A DNA stretch of 42,468 bases from Desulfobacteraceae bacterium (GTDB lineage Bacteria; Desulfobacterota; Desulfobacteria; Desulfobacterales; Desulfosarcinaceae): the NCBI GenBank assembly GCA_037387725.1, contig JARRKU010000065.1, forward strand, positions 7,008 to 49,475. Direction: 5' to 3'. The translations under genes and the position numbers were made by a program. Of the stretch, positions 38,885 through 42,468 are shown one piece after another. The notes below the pieces were generated by a model. The model was not told the origin of the DNA, made no database searches, and saw nothing but the letters and a program-made list of their open reading frames with translations. Numbering within the stretch: the first letter of the stretch is position 1; each line of letters opens with the position of its first letter.

Positions 38885-39565
38885 ATGAATATACCTTTGA
38901 CATATTATTTTGAATACTGGTTTAAGAATTCTTTGCTGGCTTTGTTAACCGGCTTTTTAATTACTTTTCTAATTCCGCCTTTGTTAGCGGCATTGCCATT
39001 GTTTGGCCTAATTCTGTTTTTAATGTATCAGATGATTATATATCGACATTTTTGGGGAAAAAGGAGAGGAGATTTTGAGTTCTCTTCTAAGGAAAATCTT
39101 ATAAAGAGGAAGATTAATTCCTTTATAAAACAGCAGCTTGGAATAGGGGAATTGATACGTTATAAATTAGACCACCTAAACAGCATTATTACCTATGGAT
39201 GGGATATGTATCATAAGCTTGCGCGACGGTCAGAAAATCAAGATGAAATTTTTCATTATTTCTTAAATTTAATTGGAGCTGATCTTTCTCGAAAGGAAGG
39301 TGACTTTAAAAAGGAACGGGAATATCTAATAAACGCAGTATTAGCGTCCCCAGATGATACAGTATCTAATTTTCGACTTGCAGTTACATTTGAGCAAGAG
39401 GGACGATCTGACGAGTCAGTAAATTATTATAGAAAGGCTTTAGAGGCTTCCTCAATTGATACGCCTGAGCTCAAAGAGTTTATAATGGGTCAAATTACCC
39501 GTGTAATTGAAAAAGGCCCAGCCAAAAGCCCGCCAGTCCCGGGGTTGAGGTTTATGTCATGGTAA
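38885..39565 (+). CDS. Cassette ORF 1: 2-TM protein with TPR-like C-terminal region
   Basis: 226 aa, AT-rich. A hydrophobic hairpin (LLALLTGFLITFLIPPLLAALPLFGLILFLM) followed by a soluble helical domain. Confidence 0.5.
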   Translation: MNIPLTYYFEYWFKNSLLALLTGFLITFLIPPLLAALPLFGLILFLMYQMIIYRHFWGKRRGDFEFSSKENLIKRKINSFIKQQLGIGELIRYKLDHLNSIITYGWDMYHKLARRSENQDEIFHYFLNLIGADLSRKEGDFKKEREYLINAVLASPDDTVSNFRLAVTFEQEGRSDESVNYYRKALEASSIDTPELKEFIMGQITRVIEKGPAKSPPVPGLRFMSW

Positions 39566-39578
39566 TGGGAAAAAGGAA

Positions 39579-39650
39579 ACTTAACCATGCCTTTCACTCG
39601 GATGGCAATTCCGCTGCGCTACATTGCCACCGGTGAAGGCGGCGTTATCT
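39579..39650 (+). repeat. attC-like site 1
   Basis: ACTTAAC...imperfect palindrome with bulges (GCCTTTCACTCGGATGGCAAT / ATTGCCACCGGTGAAGGCGG)...GTTATCT. Starts 14 nt after the ORF1 stop. Next ORF starts at 39669. Confidence 0.5.
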
Positions 39651-39668
39651 TCGTAAGGTGGAGGAACT

Positions 39669-39977
39669 TTGGGAAAGATTCTATTTAAAGTATCTGGAGC
39701 ATATGATCTATCCGAGTATCGATGGTGGCACGATTCTGAAGATGGGAAAAGTTATCTTTACCTCGAATTTAAAGGTGGAGATGGCGAATGCGCTATCAAA
39801 TTTACAAATCCTTATTCAATTGATTCAACTTTTGAGCTTTTCGAGGATTTTCATGAACTCGTTGTGTATGATTCGAAGGAAGATCAGTGGGAAAAACATA
39901 CGGTTAAGGCTGAATATTTCGTTGAATCATTTCATGAGTTTTGGGCAGAGGCATTTGATATAATATCGGGCAGATAA
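39669..39977 (+). CDS. Cassette ORF 2: small acidic cytosolic protein (102 aa)
   Basis: TTG start with strong SD AGGTGGAGGA 5 nt upstream. No family recognised. Confidence 0.45.
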   Translation: MGKILFKVSGAYDLSEYRWWHDSEDGKSYLYLEFKGGDGECAIKFTNPYSIDSTFELFEDFHELVVYDSKEDQWEKHTVKAEYFVESFHEFWAEAFDIISGR

Positions 39978-40097
39978 CCTTGCTGTCCAGAGGGACAGCA
40001 AAGGCCGGGCCACTATGAAAGATATTGCTTTATCAAATTTAAAACCGTTTACAAAGGTCAGTGGAAGCCCTTGCTGCCCCTGACCGCAGCGTTAGGG
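39972..40097 (+). repeat. attC-like site 2
   Basis: AGATAAC (contains the ORF2 TAA), CTTGCTGTCC-AGAG-GGACAGCAAG hairpin ... CTTGCTGCCCCTGACCGCAGC GTTAGGG (40091-40097). Next ATG at 40105. Confidence 0.5.
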
Positions 40098-40104
40098 GGG
40101 GCTC

Positions 40105-40554
40105 ATGGCAGATGATTTGTTTGATAAGCAACACGATGAACCACTTGTAATAGCGCTAAAAAAGGATGATCCTGAGTTGTTAAAGTGTACGAAGAAGGCT
40201 CAAGAGACACTTCAGGTTTTTCTTGATCTTTATGAACAGTATCATAAGGATATTTCGATATACTTCGCCATTAAGGTACCAATAGAGACCGATGATGATC
40301 CAGTTCATCTTTGGTATTCATTTAATGGTATAGAAAAAGGTTTGCTGGTAGGAGAGCATTTTCAAATTCCACAGGGGTTTGAACACTTAAAGAATATTAA
40401 GGTTAAGCCTGAAATCATCGAAGACTGGATGATAAATGACCATGAGATATTGTATGGCGGTTTTTCATTAAGGTATCAACGATCATTGCTCCCTGAGGGA
40501 CGAAGACCAAAATATGATGAGTATATGGGGGTTAGGGAATATAAAGATATTTAG
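40105..40554 (+). CDS. Cassette ORF 3: hypothetical protein (149 aa)
   Basis: RBS AGGGGGGG. Hydrophilic protein, no confident family assignment. Confidence 0.5.
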   Translation: MADDLFDKQHDEPLVIALKKDDPELLKCTKKAQETLQVFLDLYEQYHKDISIYFAIKVPIETDDDPVHLWYSFNGIEKGLLVGEHFQIPQGFEHLKNIKVKPEIIEDWMINDHEILYGGFSLRYQRSLLPEGRRPKYDEYMGVREYKDI

Positions 40555-40555
40555 C

Positions 40556-40613
40556 CCCTAACAATCGGCTGTTGGCGAACTCGCTTTGCTCGCCGCAAAG
40601 CCGCACGTTCGGC
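40556..40613 (+). repeat. attC-like site 3
   Basis: CCCTAAC 2 nt after the TAG, AATCGGCTG ... GCTTTGC-TCGCC-GCAAAGC hairpin ... CCGCAC GTTCGGC. Next ATG at 40631. Confidence 0.5.
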
Positions 40614-40630
40614 GTCTAAAGGGACAACAT

Positions 40631-41281
40631 ATGGCTATGCAACTCTCTCATGCTTTACTGGAAATGCATGACATTCGGATTTTTCGAGTCGAAGATTCAG
40701 AGGAATTTGATTCTGACAACTTCATAAAATGGGACGTGACTCCCATTGAAACAGATGTCCTTTTGGAACAGGATGGTTTATTTATTTTACGCGCATTTCA
40801 GATTAAGGGACCCAACGAAAAAATTGACTGCTTCATTGATCTGACAATGCCCGAAAGAATAGCTGATTATGCTTATTTCATAGGTTCTGGCAATGTGGAA
40901 CGTAAGTATCTTCACGAATGTGATGGTAATGTTATCTGTGCTATACCGATTGATGGTCACGGCGTATATGATCTATTTTATTCAAAAATTAATCCTGACC
41001 TCGGGCTGTCAGTCCTCCGACGAGGGCTTGAGCTTGCTACTCGGAAAGTTTTCATAGCAGAGGATCTTGGATATATTTTACGCGATGAAGGCCGTATTGA
41101 AGAGGCGATAGAAGCGTTTAGTATATCAGCCTCTGAAGAACCATCGTCATACTTCATATATCACGAACTTGCAGAACTTTACGATCAGCTGGGTCAGACC
41201 GAGCTTTCAAAACAGTACCGCGACAAGTGCCCAAAACAGGATACTCAAATGAAAAGAAAACCGTGGTGGAAGCTATGGTAA
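40631..41281 (+). CDS. Cassette ORF 4: hypothetical protein with TPR-like C-terminus (216 aa)
   Basis: ATG 40631 preceded by AAAGGGA. No known family. Confidence 0.5.
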   Translation: MAMQLSHALLEMHDIRIFRVEDSEEFDSDNFIKWDVTPIETDVLLEQDGLFILRAFQIKGPNEKIDCFIDLTMPERIADYAYFIGSGNVERKYLHECDGNVICAIPIDGHGVYDLFYSKINPDLGLSVLRRGLELATRKVFIAEDLGYILRDEGRIEEAIEAFSISASEEPSSYFIYHELAELYDQLGQTELSKQYRDKCPKQDTQMKRKPWWKLW

Positions 41282-41283
41282 AT

Positions 41284-41344
41284 GCCGAACCTCTCGCTGG
41301 TGAGGACGGCGAGGACCATGCCGCCTCACAGCTTGGCGTTGTGC
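41284..41344 (+). repeat. attC-like site 4
   Basis: GCCGAAC 3 nt after the TAA (the exact reverse complement of site 3's GTTCGGC core). GCTGGTGAGG ... CCTCACAGC with one bulged base. Ends GTTGTGC. Next ATG at 41361. Confidence 0.5.
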
Positions 41345-41360
41345 GCCTCGATATTGAGCT

Positions 41361-41747
41361 ATGAACGAGAATAATCTAAAATACAGCCCCCTCCCGCATT
41401 ACACGTCAAAAGAGCAAATTGAACGTGTTCTTGAAGGAGATGATGTTGAGGAATTGATTAGGTTGCCGCTGGCGATAGGCTCCTCATATCATGATTGGAA
41501 ATATGCGCAAGACACTTGCATAAAGCTATCAGAGTATGAGGATGCTAGAATAAGCTCTAATGCGTGCTTGGGATTAGCATATGTCGCAAGAAATCATTTG
41601 AAGCTTGAAAAGCATTTGATAAAGCCAGTCCTGATTAAAGAATTAAGAAAAAATCACAAATATAATTGGCGTGTAATTGATTCAATTGAGGATATAAATA
41701 GGTTCATGAAATGGAATATTGCTATTAAACACTTTCAAAATAAATGA
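41361..41747 (+). CDS. Cassette ORF 5: hypothetical protein (128 aa)
   Basis: AT-rich ORF, no known family. Confidence 0.5.
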   Translation: MNENNLKYSPLPHYTSKEQIERVLEGDDVEELIRLPLAIGSSYHDWKYAQDTCIKLSEYEDARISSNACLGLAYVARNHLKLEKHLIKPVLIKELRKNHKYNWRVIDSIEDINRFMKWNIAIKHFQNK

Positions 41748-41754
41748 GAAGATC

Positions 41755-41824
41755 GCACAACATTTGTGTTCAGCGGATCGCGAGGACCATGCGCCCGCTG
41801 AAAAAACGGTATTGTGGGTTTGAT
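41755..41824 (+). repeat. attC-like site 5
   Basis: GCACAAC (the reverse complement of site 4's GTTGTGC core). TTCAGCGG ... CCGCTGAA 8-bp arms. Ends ATTGTGG/GTTTGAT. Shares the 13-mer GCGAGGACCATGC with site 4. Confidence 0.5.
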
Positions 41825-41834
41825 CGAAATTGGT

Positions 41835-42275
41835 ATGAGTCTATCTGAATTACAAAAGAAGGGACTCGACATAAAAAAATCGAAAAATGTAGCGAATCTT
41901 CCTAATCCGGAGCATTATCAAATCGACTCTTTAGGAATCGATTTTGAAATATACGATAGTAAAATAATTCGTATTTGGTTTTTTACCGAAAAAAATAAAT
42001 CATTTCAGCTTTGGCTACCAAATGAGTCCTCAGAAAGGCTGCTATATAAAATTTCGGCTTCTGACATTATTCGAAACTTTGGGGTAGTAAGAAAATATGT
42101 TGATGAGAATCCTCCAAAAGATAAAGATGAAGCGCAGTGGGCAAAATACAAACCATTTGGAATAAAGATAAACACGATTTATTATCCGAAATTGCCCTTT
42201 CATTTTGGATTAAATGATGAGGATAATGTTTCTTATCTAACCGTATCTAAATGTAAAACAGAAACTGCGCAATAG
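41835..42275 (+). CDS. Cassette ORF 6: hypothetical protein (about 147 aa; alternative GTG start at 41814)
   Basis: AT-rich ORF, no known family. Confidence 0.45.
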   Translation: MSLSELQKKGLDIKKSKNVANLPNPEHYQIDSLGIDFEIYDSKIIRIWFFTEKNKSFQLWLPNESSERLLYKISASDIIRNFGVVRKYVDENPPKDKDEAQWAKYKPFGIKINTIYYPKLPFHFGLNDEDNVSYLTVSKCKTETAQ

Positions 42276-42281
42276 GGTTTC

Positions 42282-42384
42282 ACATAACATCTATATGGCC
42301 TTCCGTTGTCAAGGAATAAACCACCCCACGGGATCGGAAGAAGTGAAAAGTCCAAAATCCGGTAAAACTCTGAAGAGTTGACAA
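42282..42384 (+). repeat. attC-like site 6
   Basis: ACATAAC 7 nt after the TAG. Inverted repeats CTTCCG/CGGAAG and GTTGTCAA/TTGACAAC. GTTGACA core at 42378-42384. Confidence 0.4.
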
Positions 42385-42468
42385 CGCGTTTGGTAACTCC
42401 GACTTTGGCTTTCAACAGCAGGCATCAGACAGCTTTCCAGCGTCTGCACCAAACATCTATCGAAATTT

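Overview
This 42.5-kb window is high-GC and looks like a deltaproteobacterial (sulfate-reducer-like) chromosome, judging by cooS/cooF, the TRAP transporter, and the SH3-anchor gene next to nadB.

The high-GC backbone carries mostly housekeeping genes:
- ilvE, galU, a LysE exporter and a quinone oxidoreductase.
- A TRAP transporter in the order dctQ-dctM-dctP.
- A mscS-like gene translationally coupled to a CorC/CNNM (DUF21-CBS) gene.
- cmoA and cmoB (translationally coupled), followed by a PAS-HisKA protein that lacks an ATPase domain.
- nadB, an SPFH protein, tRNA-Lys(UUU), recD2 and gmhB.

Five things stand out from that background:
- **Integron-like cassette array (38.8 kb to the window end).** Six small, AT-rich ORFs all sit on the + strand. 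Each is followed by a 58-126 bp imperfect palindrome lying on or just after its stop codon. Each palindrome begins with an inverse core ending in AAC and ends with a GTT core. This is the attC signature. No integron integrase is visible, so it looks like a CALIN, or the integrase lies outside the window.
- **TIR-receiver fusion protein (12018-12857).** It is a single-gene TIR domain fused to a CheY-like receiver.
- **Low-GC island (about 12.9-18.9 kb).** It encodes secreted and membrane proteins, including a site-2-protease (M50)-ClpS fusion.
- **RtcR-like regulator (29498-31132).** A CARF-domain sigma54 activator sits divergent from tRNA-Lys. No rtcBA genes are nearby.
- **Broken CO-dehydrogenase cluster.** cooS carries an internal frameshift or deletion that removes a predicted C-cluster cysteine. 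The downstream cooF and FAD-oxidoreductase genes are bracketed by two related palindromic repeats of about 120-135 bp.

Three smaller features were also noted: a tandemly duplicated palindromic terminator element downstream of nadB, a GNAT gene frameshifted at a T5 run, and a structured 690-bp leader ahead of the TRAP operon.
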